DNA of 64,000 bases from Eledone cirrhosa (lineage: Eukaryota). Below the pieces are notes generated by a model that saw only the letters and a list, made by a program, of their open reading frames with translations, was not told where the DNA came from and made no database searches. Position 1 is the stretch's first letter. Each line of letters begins with the position of its first letter. The position numbers and the translations under genes are program-made. Positions 13,530 to 26,519 of the stretch are shown in pieces. The stretch lies in contig OZ024743.1 in assembly GCA_964016885.1 (NCBI GenBank), positions 147,932,001 through 147,996,000 on the forward strand, written 5' to 3'.

Positions 13530-14482
13530 ATTGCCTTTTACCAATTGCCTACCGCACTTCTTTTCATTAACTATATCAATGACATTACTTACGTCATCAA
13601 GTACAGTAACATAAAAATCTTTACAAATGATTCCAAACTCCAGAAGGTCATCCATGGAATGGAAGAACCGACAGGCCTTCAAGTAGATCTACTGCTCTTA
13701 TCCAGTGTGCGGAAAAACAATATGCTACTGAACAAGGATAACTGCAATTAATCATCTTTGGAAAAGAAGATGCACTGAAACTCTCCTATTCCCTTCCTTC
13801 AGGTGAAACTCTCATGACATCCAACAACATCAGAGATCGGGGAGAAATTGTTCATAACAACATAAGCTGGGTCACTCATATAAACAGTGAATTTGACTCC
13901 ACCTTGAATACTGTTTTCCACTGTCGTCTCCCTACACGAAACAAAGTATTATGAAAATTGAAACACCTTAAAGGCCAATCACAAAACGATAGACGGCATA
14001 ACAGGCCCTAACTATTGGGGTCGACTAGAAAATCTCAAACTCTATTTTCTCCAACGCCGCCGTGAACGCTATATAATCTGCATGATGTGGAAAACATTCT
14101 ATCCAGCATTTTACAAATGATATTGGCATCATCTTTAAAGTACAACTAAGGTCTTTGCCCCGTGCTATCAGCTTATATGAACAATCAAACTCTCATAACA
14201 ACATTGCGGCACAATTATTTCACCTCAACTGGTTCCCGTCTCTTTAATATTACACCAACACACATTAATATGGAAGCAGATCCCAGGAACTTCAAAAAGT
14301 CTTTAATCAAATTCTTGCAGGATGAACCTCCTACACCTGGATATGTCCCCGCAAATAATAACTCTCAAATTGAATGATGTCTATGATGTCTATATCATGA
14401 TTTGAAAGAATTCTCCATGTGGCGCTATTAAGTTAGACATGGACTGGGCCAATACTTGTCTAAACCCATCAAAGTTATCAAA

Positions 14483-14484
<2 letters not shown>
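13530..14484 (+). mobile_element. CR1-group LINE 3' fragment (RT C-terminus), decayed
   Basis: LLFINYINDI...IKIFTNDSKL (FADD-like), NYWGRLENLKLYFLQRRRERY, GSRLFNITP, FKKSLIKFLQDEPPTPGY; many frameshifts. Confidence 0.8.
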
Positions 14485-14520
<36 letters not shown>

Positions 14521-14571
14521 CAGAGAGTGTAACGCGAAGTTACTATAAGTTCAGACAGAGTGTAATAAAAT

Positions 14572-14641
14572 AATTGTTTCTACTTTGGGCACAAGGCCAG
14601 CAATTAGCCAGTGCATTACTGGTACTTTATTTTATCGACCC
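14572..14641 (-). mobile_element. 5'-truncated SINE family 1 with TSD
   Basis: SINE 3' end; gtaataaaataat on both sides. Confidence 0.8.
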
Positions 14642-14698
14642 AGTAATAAAATAATACAAGGACCAATGGTTACTCCTTCATTACGTTTATCGGATGGT

Positions 14699-14746
14699 GA
14701 CGCGCGTTTCACCAGTGGTCAGCTGATCAGTAGCGAAACGCGCATA
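14699..14746. repeat. Short fold-back of two degenerate minimal hammerheads
   Basis: gcgcgtttc...cag|ctg...gaaacgcgc. Minus strand CTGACCA ctggt GAAAC GCGC GTC; plus strand CTGATCA gtagc GAAAC GCGC ATA. Confidence 0.6.
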
Positions 14747-14772
14747 TTACATATATATATATATATATGTGA

Positions 14773-14961
14773 TGGCGGTGATTTGGCAGTATCGGTAGAA
14801 GGTCGGACGCCATGCTTTCCAGCATAGTTACGTCCCTTTATGATCTGAGTTCAAATCCCGTCGAGGTTAACTTTGCCTTTCATCCTTACGGGGTCGATAA
14901 AATAAAGTACCAGTAATGCACTGGGTATTTGCTGGCCTTGTGCCAAACGTAGAAACAATTA
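14773..14961 (+). mobile_element. SINE family 1, full length
   Basis: A and B boxes plus complete body ending gtagaaacaattat. Confidence 0.92.
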
Positions 14962-14976
14962 TATATATATATATAT

Positions 14977-15533
14977 TCCTCTGCTGCTACACGTCTTTTT
15001 CGTTCTATGTATCTTTACCCTTTCTAGCAGTCTCTCATTCTCTGTCACTACCTCTCCTCCTCCTCTTTCTTCCCGTTTGACCTGTGTGTAATTCTTTTCT
15101 CTCGCACGCTTGGCCAAGCTGGTCCGAATTTTTTCTCTCTCTCGTCTACGATTTCACAGAACTTGTGTTTACCGAATTCGCAGACCAGACCCCTTCTTCC
15201 TCCCGTTAGACCTGTGCGAAATTCCTTCCTTGCTCACATTTCAACCAGGTTTGATGGTTTTTATTCTCTCGTTCACGATTTCACCGAATTTAAATTCATA
15301 GAAATCTGGGACTTGTCTCTTTCTTCCTCACTTTCTGTTGCTTCACCATTTTGTTTGTTTACCCTCGCGTCCCCTTTATTTACGTGTCCCAAAGACTATT
15401 TTTAGCCGTTGCTCGCACCAACCGGAGGTATATGGTCTTTAAAGCGATGAAATGCCTATGATGGTTAGAAGATCACTGATGAAGGACAAACTTTTTTCAT
15501 ATGTAACCCATTTGCAACTGCAGCGCCCTTATT

Positions 15534-15535
<2 letters not shown>
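14977..15535 (+). repeat. Unclassified ~550 bp interspersed repeat (family X)
   Basis: CT-rich 5' part, then ttgctcgcaccaaccggaggtat...tcactgaYgaaggac...tcatatgtaaccca; homologous inverted copy at 50750-51260. Confidence 0.8.
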
Positions 15536-15610
<75 letters not shown>

Positions 15611-15611
<1 letters not shown>

Positions 15612-15854
15612 CTGTAGTAAAGGTTTGGTATAAATATCCAAGAGTAAGAGCAGTCAGTCCACAGGATGAGTTAAGTATAAATAACTTACAACAGTGACAT
15701 ATACAAGTACGTAAGTTTCGTTGGCTTATACATCCCAACTCATTCAACCTGTTATAAAAAGAAAGATGGCGATCTATCTTTTTATAACACGCTAAATGAG
15801 TTGGGGGTGTATAAACCAATAGGACTTAAGTTATTGTATATGTCATTGTTGGAA

Positions 15855-15857
<3 letters not shown>
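15611..15857. mobile_element. Fold-back hammerhead cassette (arms 15689-15767 and 15772-15851) with one-sided tail
   Basis: ~80 bp imperfect inverted arms around ggcg. Minus strand acagg TTGAATGA gttgg..ccaac GAAAC ttac GTA cttgt. Confidence 0.8.
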
Positions 15858-16297
<440 letters not shown>

Positions 16298-16426
16298 TAA
16301 TTAATATTTTCTCTATGGTTTTATATATTTATATATATATATATATATATACATTACCCTTTTCGCGCCCTCTTCGGAATTTAGTCTTCACATTTATTAT
16401 TAATACAATATATATATATATATACA

Positions 16427-16515
<89 letters not shown>

Positions 16516-16523
16516 ATATATAA

Positions 16524-16721
16524 GTTATTCCGGGTTGAATCGGAGGTAACCACAGTAAGTAAGGTACTCAATACATTGCAGAGTATAAAAGTTTTAATAT
16601 AGATGAGATTCTACAGGACTAGAACTGTTTTATTCTTTAGAAATCATCAGGAATCAAATTCCTGATGATTTCTAGAGAATGAAACAGTTCTAGTCCTGTA
16701 GAATCTCATCTATATTAAAAC
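16524..16721. mobile_element. Fold-back hammerhead cassette family A (arms 16591-16721, ~67 bp left tail)
   Basis: Near-perfect ~60 bp arms. Plus-strand HHR attc CTGATGA tttctagagaat GAAA cag-ttctagtc-ctg TA gaat. Further copies at 54131 and 60642. Confidence 0.9.
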
Positions 16722-16737
16722 CTATATATATATATGC

Positions 16738-16818
<81 letters not shown>

Positions 16819-17292
16819 TGTTCTAATATCTGTCATATTTACTAACGTCTCTTCGTTTTCTGATTTTGAAAAGGTACACTGATAAATTTGATAAACATAG
16901 AAGATATACGGATTTCGGAACCTCAGTTAGTACTTACACAAGGAATAAATAAATGTATTATAACGTAATATATTATGAACTTGTATTGATGTTTAGTTTC
17001 ATAAATTGTACTTCTCTTGTTTTACCGATAAAACAAATTCTAATATATCTGCAAATACATGCCTATATGTACCTACTAAGGTACATATAGGTAGATTTAT
17101 ATATGGTACGTGTCTGTCTTTCTGTATTTCTATATGCGTATATATATTTATATATGCGTGTGTGTGTGAGCGTGTGTATGTGTGCGTGTGTATATCTGTG
17201 TGTGTGTTTGTGTGTGTGTGTGAGAGAGTGTCTGTGTGTGCATATATATATGCGTGTGTGTGTGTGCGTGTGTGTGTGTGTGTGTGTGCGTG

Positions 17293-17340
<48 letters not shown>

Positions 17341-17954
17341 TGTTTGTGTGTGCATATATATATATATTCATATATACATGAGTACACACACACGCATGCA
17401 CACACACGCATATATATATATAAATATATGAAAACGTGCTTGAAGTGATAGGTACTGTAGGGAGTCTATTTATCACCACATATCCTAGGCCTTTTCGGTG
17501 GCACATTCCATACTGTAAAATAACCACTTCAGTCTTCAGTCTGCCAGTTGATGTACTGCTGTCACATATATGCCTGTAGTTGTGAATATATGACTTCCGT
17601 TAGTAACTCTATTTGTGAGCGATAATGACAATGTTGTTTTTCCTCGCTGCCATTAAACCGTGTTGTTGGAGCCGTTGATATTAGGGAATAGAAATGGATG
17701 AAATATATATACATAACAAACATTGGATATTTGTTGCTTTCTTATACATGTATCTCTTTACTGGTTTATACTGTACTTGTACAGCATACAACCAAATGCA
17801 CGCACCTAGAACTACATTTAGAAGTGTGTGTGTAGTAGTTGGATCGAGTAAAATCTGTGTGTTATACACAAGTGAATTGATGTATTTCCTGTGGCTAGAT
17901 TAGTTTTTGCTATGCTCCAGCAAAGAGGGGAGGAATAGAAAGATCTCTTACAAT

Positions 17955-18105
17955 GCTGTTAGACCTGCTAAAAACAGCAGCGAAAACACTATCAAATATC
18001 ATCTTACTATTTTAATGCATATTAGATAATATAATCCGAGGAAAACTGTCTGAAAATACGGGGTTGTCACGGCTAGAATACATTTGATCATAAATCTTCT
18101 CTATC
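17955..18105 (+). repeat. Old degenerate SINE-like repeat (also near 20905-21090, 24270-24350, 26025-26090)
   Basis: Shared motifs ctgctaRaaacagcagc and gtcacggctagaat...ttgatcata in several diverged copies. Confidence 0.55.
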
Positions 18106-20360
18106 AACATTGACGAAGTGATAATCACCAGCAAGAGCATCAACGACCAAAGCATGTAACATTTAAATGATTCTCTTTTGTCTGCTCCGCTTACATCTAA
18201 ATATGAACTACCAGGTGGGAACATAATTTTTATCGAATTAGATCAAGCATTCTAAAAAAGAAGAAAAAAATTGATAACATGCTCTGCTGAGTAAAACGTC
18301 TCATATAAGTATTACTTGGAGAAAAATTGGATTAATCAAGTTGTAATAAAATACAGGAGTACAAAGAAACTTGTGATAATCTGCTTTAGCGAAGGTGTGT
18401 CGCAATTCCGGATTTTAGATATGCTGTACGGAAAAAATATGGCGTTTGGAGTTGGACTCTTCGTCTGATATAGTAAACACAGTAGAATTATTTTTACCAA
18501 CCACAGACAAAAGTCATTTGAGACCCGTCAGTATCTTCTTTTCTTAAGTGGTTTAAGATCAAAATCATTGTGAATGAATCCGATTCCATTTACTGTACAT
18601 CTCATGTGGCCAAACCATGGATCTAATGTTTACAACATATGTAGCATTGTTTAACACAAATCTAAAATAATATTTTACCAGGTCTCAGTACATACAGTCA
18701 TATAGTTGAATATGGGACTTCGAATTAATGAAACAGCCGACAAATTTAGTCTGTTTCTGCTGCTTTCATCATTAATGAGAGCAATGTAATGTCAATTACA
18801 TGATGCGACTGGTGATTTCGTATTTAGTTTTCCAATAGCCTACCAACTCAGTAATCTATAGATGTTTGTGTTATTGTTCGATTTTAACTACCCTTAACAC
18901 AATGGAATGTTGTTGTGTATTCCCAGGTTAGTCGTATCACTTCCATGTCTTTTTGGCATATTATGGATCGTATTATTTAATTTATTCCGTTTTTTCGACG
19001 GTGTAGTCATATTAGAAACTGATATAGCTTCTATTTATCGCAGATCGAGCAAGCGAGTAGAAGGTAGATTCTTATGGCGCTTATGGTGGTAATATATTTT
19101 GAGGCAGCGACGATGGTAACAGGGTTCAATATATGAGTTGTACTGCTGGTACTGACTTGCACGTGGTTGTTACTGTTGGTGTTGATTTTGCTACTCTTAG
19201 TTATCGTATTTTAATAATTGGCCTCAAGGACGAAAGGTAATTTGTTGCCGTTACTCTCTACAGGCTTCTCTTCTAGGAGAATTTGCATAGATTAATGATT
19301 AATTAAAATGTTTGCAATTGAGAGTGGGTAAATGATAGTCGACACAGAAAAGCTCAGCTGTGAGTGTCTAACAGAAAACCTACCTCTAATTTTGTTTACC
19401 ATTCATCATTTCGAGTCGATAAAATAATGTACCAATGTGGTATTGCCCGCTGTATATACTCCTATAAATCACTCTGGGTGTGAATGGGGTTATAATTGAT
19501 GGCAAGATACGTTATGCTGTTGTGGATGTTACTGGGAACTGTGCTTGTTACTGTCAATACTCTTGTTGTTTAGTTTCAGCTCAGTTCCAATTGAACACAT
19601 ATATAATCAAATGTGTTTATGCCCTGATCTTACTATCGTTATTTGAGGAATACAATATCCAGAACGAGAATATTTTGGATCCCCACGCTTCATTCCATTT
19701 CTAAGATGGTAGAGTGTAATTTAATGTCATTCGTTGAAGCTCTCTCTTTGCTATGTAGGTAGGGTTATGGCTAAGAGTATCGATAACTATTGTGTGTTGC
19801 TGGTGTTGATGGTAGTATTTGTCACATATAGATAAATAATCCGATGTCAAGTCGAATCGACACAAATATCTCAATACACGGGGTATGCATTAAATTATTT
19901 CCAGTCATTCTATTCGAAGTCAAACAGCTGCATAATTTCATCAATTGGATTTGCATTCATTCATTCAGACAAAAAATAAGACCAACGAGATTTAAAAATA
20001 GATTTGAGTAATTATCCGCCTTCTCACAAGTTTGGGAATGTAAATAATCCTAAGTAATCGTTATTGACGACTGTGTCAGACTGAAATAGCTTACAGTAAT
20101 TACGTTTTTTACAACGTTCTAAATACAAATCCGTCTTTGCCTGTCGTATAATTGGGGTCGATAAAATAAATAACAGGTATGGCTAGAAATTGTTCAATTT
20201 AATACATGAGATTTCTCTTCCACATTTGTGTAGATTTGACTATTTTAAAATGCGATTTATCGACGTCAATGTAAACATTAAAACTCAAATGTTTATTGCA
20301 AAACAGATACACCACAAATGCCTTGGTACAGCCCACTATAATATTCGATTGTAGAAAAAT

Positions 20361-20416
<56 letters not shown>

Positions 20417-21254
20417 GGGGTAGGGAGAGTTTCTAGGACTAAAAGGAAATTATTACAGAATATATTACATGGAGAAGTCAAATCGAGAGAAAGTGGTTTA
20501 GACTTCTTTGAGTAGCTCTTATGCAAAAGACGTGGGAATATGTCAGGTACTTAACCATTGTAAATACCATTCCGCCCCGAACACATCATATACTACCTGT
20601 CCTCAGCCAGATCTTGTTAATTCCAATTGTACAGCTTCATCTCCAGCATCGCCATGACCAAGTCCTCCATTACTTTCCCAAATAACATCATGTCTATTCA
20701 TATCCTTTCCTTATTTATCAACGCTATCATCCCCATCATCATCATCACTATCAACATCATCTTTATTTCGACATCTGTCATTACTAGCAACTACCACTAC
20801 CTCCTACGCGCTTTCTTGGTCTGCTAGAAACAGCAGCCGTCACTACGACGACGACCACCACCAACACGAACATCACATTGACTAGCAAACGAGAGAGCTT
20901 CTGCGCTCTGTCTTGGCCATATAGAAACAGCAGCCAATTTTCGTCATCTCATTTCTTTCCCTCTTACATAAAGTAAGAAATATCAGATAACGAAATCTCG
21001 ACACAAAATAGATGGGATGGCTGCGGTTAAATCAACTTTTGACATTAGGTCTGCTCGATCTCAAGAGACCACTTTAGGCTAAACAACAATATTTCAAATA
21101 CTATTTTTAATATTCTCACTAACAATAATACAACTACAAATATCCAAACGTACATTCATCGGAAACACAAGACACCTTCGACCACCACTGCCGTCAACAC
21201 TACAATGGCTATTACCATCATCACGTGCATAGATAACATTAATGAAATGTTATT

Positions 21255-21545
21255 GTACCTCTGAGGGTTTTCCTTCTCTTCAGCGATCAAATGTTTGAAA
21301 GTATGGGTGTCATCAACTATTTTTCTTTTTCAATATGAGATTTTTTTAATGAAAAGAGAGGGGGAGAATCCCGTTACTTGAAGATGGAATATCCCTTTGT
21401 TGTGGTCAGTAGTGGTTTGTATTTTCTAATAAAGCATTCTTCTTTATATTTTCGGTAATGTTCGTTGTCCGACCATATCTTAAAGAAGGGGAAAATTGTG
21501 AAATTTCCCTTTCCGCATGTTGCGAAGTGTTCACTGCATGTGGTG
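21255..21545 (-). pseudogene. PLE remnant: GIY-YIG C-terminus plus degenerate HHR
   Basis: Minus strand reads TTCSEHFATCGKGNFTIFPFFKIWSDNEHYRKYKEECFIRKYKPLL, which aligns by eye to LSEHIDTC..NFRIFPLYK..RISKESYFINKYGPRL of ORF 51970; downstream CTGAAGA gaagg-aaaa-ccctc. Confidence 0.75.
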
Positions 21546-22278
21546 TTTCTGACAGAGGACTCTCAATATCAAAAACATACATTTTTGACAAATGTTCCAA
21601 AACTATCCTTCCTTTCTCTTTTTACTGTCATCCTATTCTTATCAAAAGACATGTATCTTACACCTCATTAAAACCCACCACCACTACCAGACACGCACCT
21701 AAATTCATCTTTGATATAGAAATTTGTAGAAGATATTCTCTATAAATTTAAGAGAGTTGATTCAGCTATAAGAAACGAACTTGAAAAAAACCCTGCCATT
21801 ATATACTCATCAAAGGTCATCTAATGAAATAAAACCAGCAGGAGGGGATGTTTACAACCACCTTCCCAAACGCCCGTATCTTGATGTCAACCTCACCATT
21901 TTCTGAGTATATATATGTATGTGTGTGTATGTGTGTGTGTATGTGTGTATGCTTTAATTCCTTCCAATCTTCATCAACACTCATTAACACCCCCATCTAC
22001 CCCAGACACATTCAAATCTCTCTTATATATAGAGTCACACATCTCAACACAACCTGATGTCAGTTTGACAAATGCCACCGACGAATGTGAGAAAGTTCTG
22101 CCACAAAGTTAACCAGGAATCTTTAAAATTCTTCCCACCGAAGTTAACAAAGCACTTACCAGATCTACCAACTCATAATATTATAGTATTATAAAATTAA
22201 ATCAAATTATTTAACACTACAAGTGAAATCATTCTTTTACTTTTTTTCAAATATATATTTATATATATATTGAAATAT

Positions 22279-22780
22279 CATGGTTGGCTGTAGAAAAAGG
22301 GTTTTATTTGCAGTATTAACAATTGTTTCATTGATCAGTCGAGTCTAAAGGCCGCTAAGCACTAGAAATTGCATCACTCGACCTTATATACAGTGTGTGT
22401 CTCTGATCAAATCATCGGAATACTGAAGGATGTGACATATGTGTTACATCCTTCAGTATTCCGATGATTTAATCAGAGACACACAATGTATTTAAGATCG
22501 ACTGACGCAATTTCTAGTACTTAGCGGCCTTTAGACCACCTGATCAATGAAACAGTTGTTAATACTGCAAATAAAACCCTTTTCCTACAGCCGACCATGT
22601 TGTTCTTCACTCTTTCACTATTATTACTCTAAGAATCACCTGCAGAGCTATTCTCGAAAACCTAACTAAGAAAACTTCTTGTTGAGTCAAATAACGCCGT
22701 ACGTTAAAACTATCCACAGTACAGAGTACTCACAACCTTTAACTGGATTACCTTAAGCGATACCTTGTTATCCTATAAAT
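22279..22780. mobile_element. Long fold-back (arms ~155 bp, 22279-22599) with extended-helix-II hammerhead-like motif and right-side tail
   Basis: catggttggctgtag...ctacagccgaccatg. Plus strand tatt CCGATGA t-ttaatcag..ctgatcaa-t GAAA cag-ttgttaata-ctg CA aata. Confidence 0.85.
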
Positions 22781-22805
22781 ATATGTGTGTGTGTGTATAT
22801 ATATT

Positions 22806-23126
22806 CAGTGGTCGCCCGGTATTCGCGGGAGTTACGTTGCTAGAGCAACCACGAAGAGTGAAAAACCACGAATATTGGACGTGGTCAATAATGCCTAAAA
22901 CTGTGGAAACATAACGTAAAATATATGCCGGCAAATACGGTATATTGTTATTAATAATTTAGCCTCAAAAAGCGTGAAAAAATACATATTGCCAGTAAAA
23001 AAAACAAAGAATCGCGGAAGATATTTACGATTCCGCGAATATCCGGTAGTTTACACGAACAATTATTAGTTAGGTCCTAAGGAAAACTTCGCGAATAACC
23101 GGGACCGCGAATACCGGGGTACACTG
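22806..23126. mobile_element. pogo/Tigger-like MITE
   Basis: Imperfect TIRs cagtggtcgcccggtattcgcgg and ccgcgaataccggggtacactg followed by TA. Confidence 0.75.
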
Positions 23127-23206
<80 letters not shown>

Positions 23207-23997
23207 TGTGTGTGTGTGCGTGTGTGCGCGCGTGTGTGTTTGTGTGTGCGTGTTAGTGTGTATGTGTGTATGTGTGTGTATGTATGACTCTCTTAACAAC
23301 ACTTTTCTAGCGTGAGAGAATCACTGACGTTAAAATATAGCTGCTGCATGCAAGGAAAGAAGTTTTTCTCATGCAAATTTGCAATAAAAATAGATAAGGC
23401 TTTATGGGGAAAAACTGAGGGTAGTTGGTGTTAGTAGATACTCAAAGCAGAAATAGGTTAAAGAGCCGAGATAAATCAGCATCAAGATATATTTAACGGT
23501 GTTCTATTGAAGACAGCTATAACTAACGCAGTCATAATAGAATTAAAAGTCAACAAATATCAAATTGGTGATGACACTGGTAATAAAAACGAAATTGATG
23601 ATGAAACCTCTGATAAAGTATGAAATTGTAGTACACCTTCAATTCCATTTACTTTTGTTATCAAAAGTAAATCTTTTCATCATTATCCACATTTAATATT
23701 GTAAATAATATTTTAAATATGGCTAATATTTCAATTCTAACCCGATGTACATAATAGGCACTTACATAAGATTTCCTACAAAATGTAGTGCGATGTTATT
23801 TCTTATGAGACTATGCATAAACAAACTTTGTGAGAATAGTTAATGGTGAATGTTACAGCTTATATTTGCTGAAGTTAGCTATAAATCATAACTGCTTATC
23901 AGAAAGTTAATTTTTGTTCCAACAATTAATTTTAAACATGATTATTCATCTAGGTGGCTGCCTATTGTATATAACATATAAATAGCTGAGTTAATAA

Positions 23998-24170
23998 TGG
24001 TTTCTTATATAGGCACAAGGCCAGCAAGTTGGGGAAGGGGAACTTGATTATCTCAACCTTTTGTTTTATCGACTCCGTAAGGATGAAAGACAAAGTTAAC
24101 CTCGGAACATAAAGGGCCGTAACCTCTATGCTGCAAAGCATGGCGTCGGACCCTCTGCCGATACTGCCAA
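23998..24170 (-). mobile_element. SINE family 1 (variant with internal deletions) with TSD
   Basis: SINE body; tgagttaataatg on both sides. Confidence 0.85.
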
Positions 24171-25396
24171 GTTGAGTTAATAATGAATAATAAATCTTCC
24201 TTTACATTTCTTTTTTAAAAAAGAATACATCAGATAATTTAGTCTTAAATAAACGAAGCCTGAATAAAATAGATAATGGTCACAGCTTGAATGATTGGTT
24301 TTATCATAGATCCACTAAATCAAACCTAACCTGGTGCTAAAGAAACAACATCGCTATCAAACCATGCAAAGGGTTGCCAGAAGGCTACATTTTATTTTGG
24401 GTCGAGGGATATTGCTAAGTTCATTTAGTTCAGTACTTCACGCTATTTTTGTAGAACATCTAAAATGAAATACATTCATACTTAAAGGTATTCACTTTCG
24501 TAGCTGTAATTTAAATTGAATTAAATGTATATATGTATATTATGCTAACACAAACATTGTTTATAAATCGAAAGCGAATAATTAATTTAGCAGCTGTTGT
24601 TTATTAATAAGATTTAAATATAAACGATTAATATAACAGGTATTGTTCATTAGTATAATTAGGAATAATTAATAGAGCTGTTATGGCACCCACGCTGCTG
24701 ATAACGAACCACGTGTTTCTGAAATATTTGGTTCCAGCTTTGACAAAAGAAGTAAATCTCCACGTTATTATATTACTTCCAGTCGGTTTCTATTCTTGAA
24801 CAAAATTTGGAACAACAACAAATTCTCACAAGTTGGAACAGCACTAAAAAGTAGCTTCGCATCATTTCAATATCATAAAAAATTCAGACTGCATTTATAA
24901 CCACATTTCACCCATGTCTTCATTTATATTCTTTGTCATTTTGTATCTCAATGATCATTTCCAGAAATTCTATTTTTTTCTTCTTTTGGCAGAAAAAAGG
25001 TTTTCCTTCTACCCGATTAAAAACTTCAGTTCAATTAGATTCTGTCTCACAATAATTCTTCAATAATTATAGATGTTAGATTATTAGTTGTAAATAATTG
25101 CCAAATGCTTTAAATAGGTGGAACTGACAGAATACCATTTCCCCAAGGCTTTTGCTTATACAATTTATTGTTTACTTCTAAAGCGGTTAGCTCCATATTT
25201 TGCGTAAATTAGTTTGATATTGTTCCTTTCCAATTGAGAATTCATGATGATTATCTTGTTATAATATCATTTAAGTAAGCCACATATCAATGGATATGGT
25301 CTATCTTTAAGAATGGTCATCATATTTTATCAATAAAAATTCAATATCATACTTTTAGACCTGGAATGAGCATTTAAAAAAACACCCTTTTGACAG

Positions 25397-25477
25397 TCCC
25401 GGAACTTAATGTAAAAAGCAGAGCTCGGGATGCTGCGAGTGATCTGTACATTGAGGTTAATGAGTTTGGATACGCTT
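25397..25477 (+). CDS. Candidate host exon, 81 nt, phase 1-1
   Basis: cccttttgacAG acceptor and GTAAGG donor; open reading PELNVKSRARDAASDLYIEVNEFGYA. No homology recognised. Confidence 0.35.
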
Positions 25478-25632
25478 GTAAGGCAAAGTGAGAAAATGGT
25501 TCTTGGACATCTGATTACAACCTTCACCGAGAGAGACTTTTTTCTAGCACGTCCCTCTTTCTCATACAGAAAAAGTCAAGGAACAGAAAATTTTAGTTGT
25601 CATATTACATCAACTTATATAAACACTCACCC

Positions 25633-25987
25633 TAATAGCTTAAATAATTGTTTCTAGTTTTGGCACAAGGCCAGCAATTATTATCCCAGTGTATTACTGG
25701 TACTTTATTTTATCGACCCCGTAAGGATGAAAGGCAAAGTTAACCTCGGCGGGATTTGAACTCAGTCCGTAATAGCTTAAATAATTTGTTCTACTTTTTG
25801 GCACAAGACCAGCAATTATCCCAGTGTATTACTGGTACTTTATTTTATCGACCCCGTAAGGATGAAATGCAAAGTAAACCTCGGCGGGATTTGAACTCAG
25901 TCCGTAATAGCTTAAATAATTTGTTCTACTTTTTGGCACAAGGCCAGCAATTATCTCAGTGCATTACTGGTACTTTATTTTATCGAT
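25633..25987 (-). repeat. Tandem array of 2.6 truncated SINE units (~135 bp period)
   Basis: Each unit begins taatagcttaaataatt followed by the SINE 3' portion ending gaactcagtccg. Confidence 0.9.
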
Positions 25988-26277
25988 GAAAGTATATATT
26001 AGAACTTGCACTTCTACAAACGCCTAAAAAGACAGGATGATCACGACTAGAATGCAATTGATCATATATCTGGCTTAACACCATCAGTATCAACAGCAAT
26101 ATCAGAAAAAAGGGGAACCCATGGAAAGATGGAGTTGCTATATATAATTTAGATTTAAGTTCTCGAGTTGAGAGAATGTTCTTCTTTGTCAAAATGTTGT
26201 CAACTCATTTTCTTTTCTTTACGTTGCCTATTTCTCTATAGAATATAGCTAAGAATATAAAGTATCTATGAACATGC

Positions 26278-26315
<38 letters not shown>

Positions 26316-26404
26316 GTATATATATATATGTATATATATGTATATATATATATATGTGTGTGTATATATATATGTGTGTGTATATATATATGTGTGTCTG
26401 TGTA

Positions 26405-26438
<34 letters not shown>

Positions 26439-26456
26439 AGTGATATATATATATAG

Positions 26457-26519
<63 letters not shown>

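Noticed and set aside
18907-19092. Hydrophobic ORF as a transmembrane exon
   Set aside because: T-rich composition alone yields such peptides, and the splice-site reading is ambiguous.
25633-25987. CRISPR-like repeat-spacer array
   Set aside because: The apparent spacers are near-identical SINE sequence, the context is eukaryotic, and there are no cas genes.
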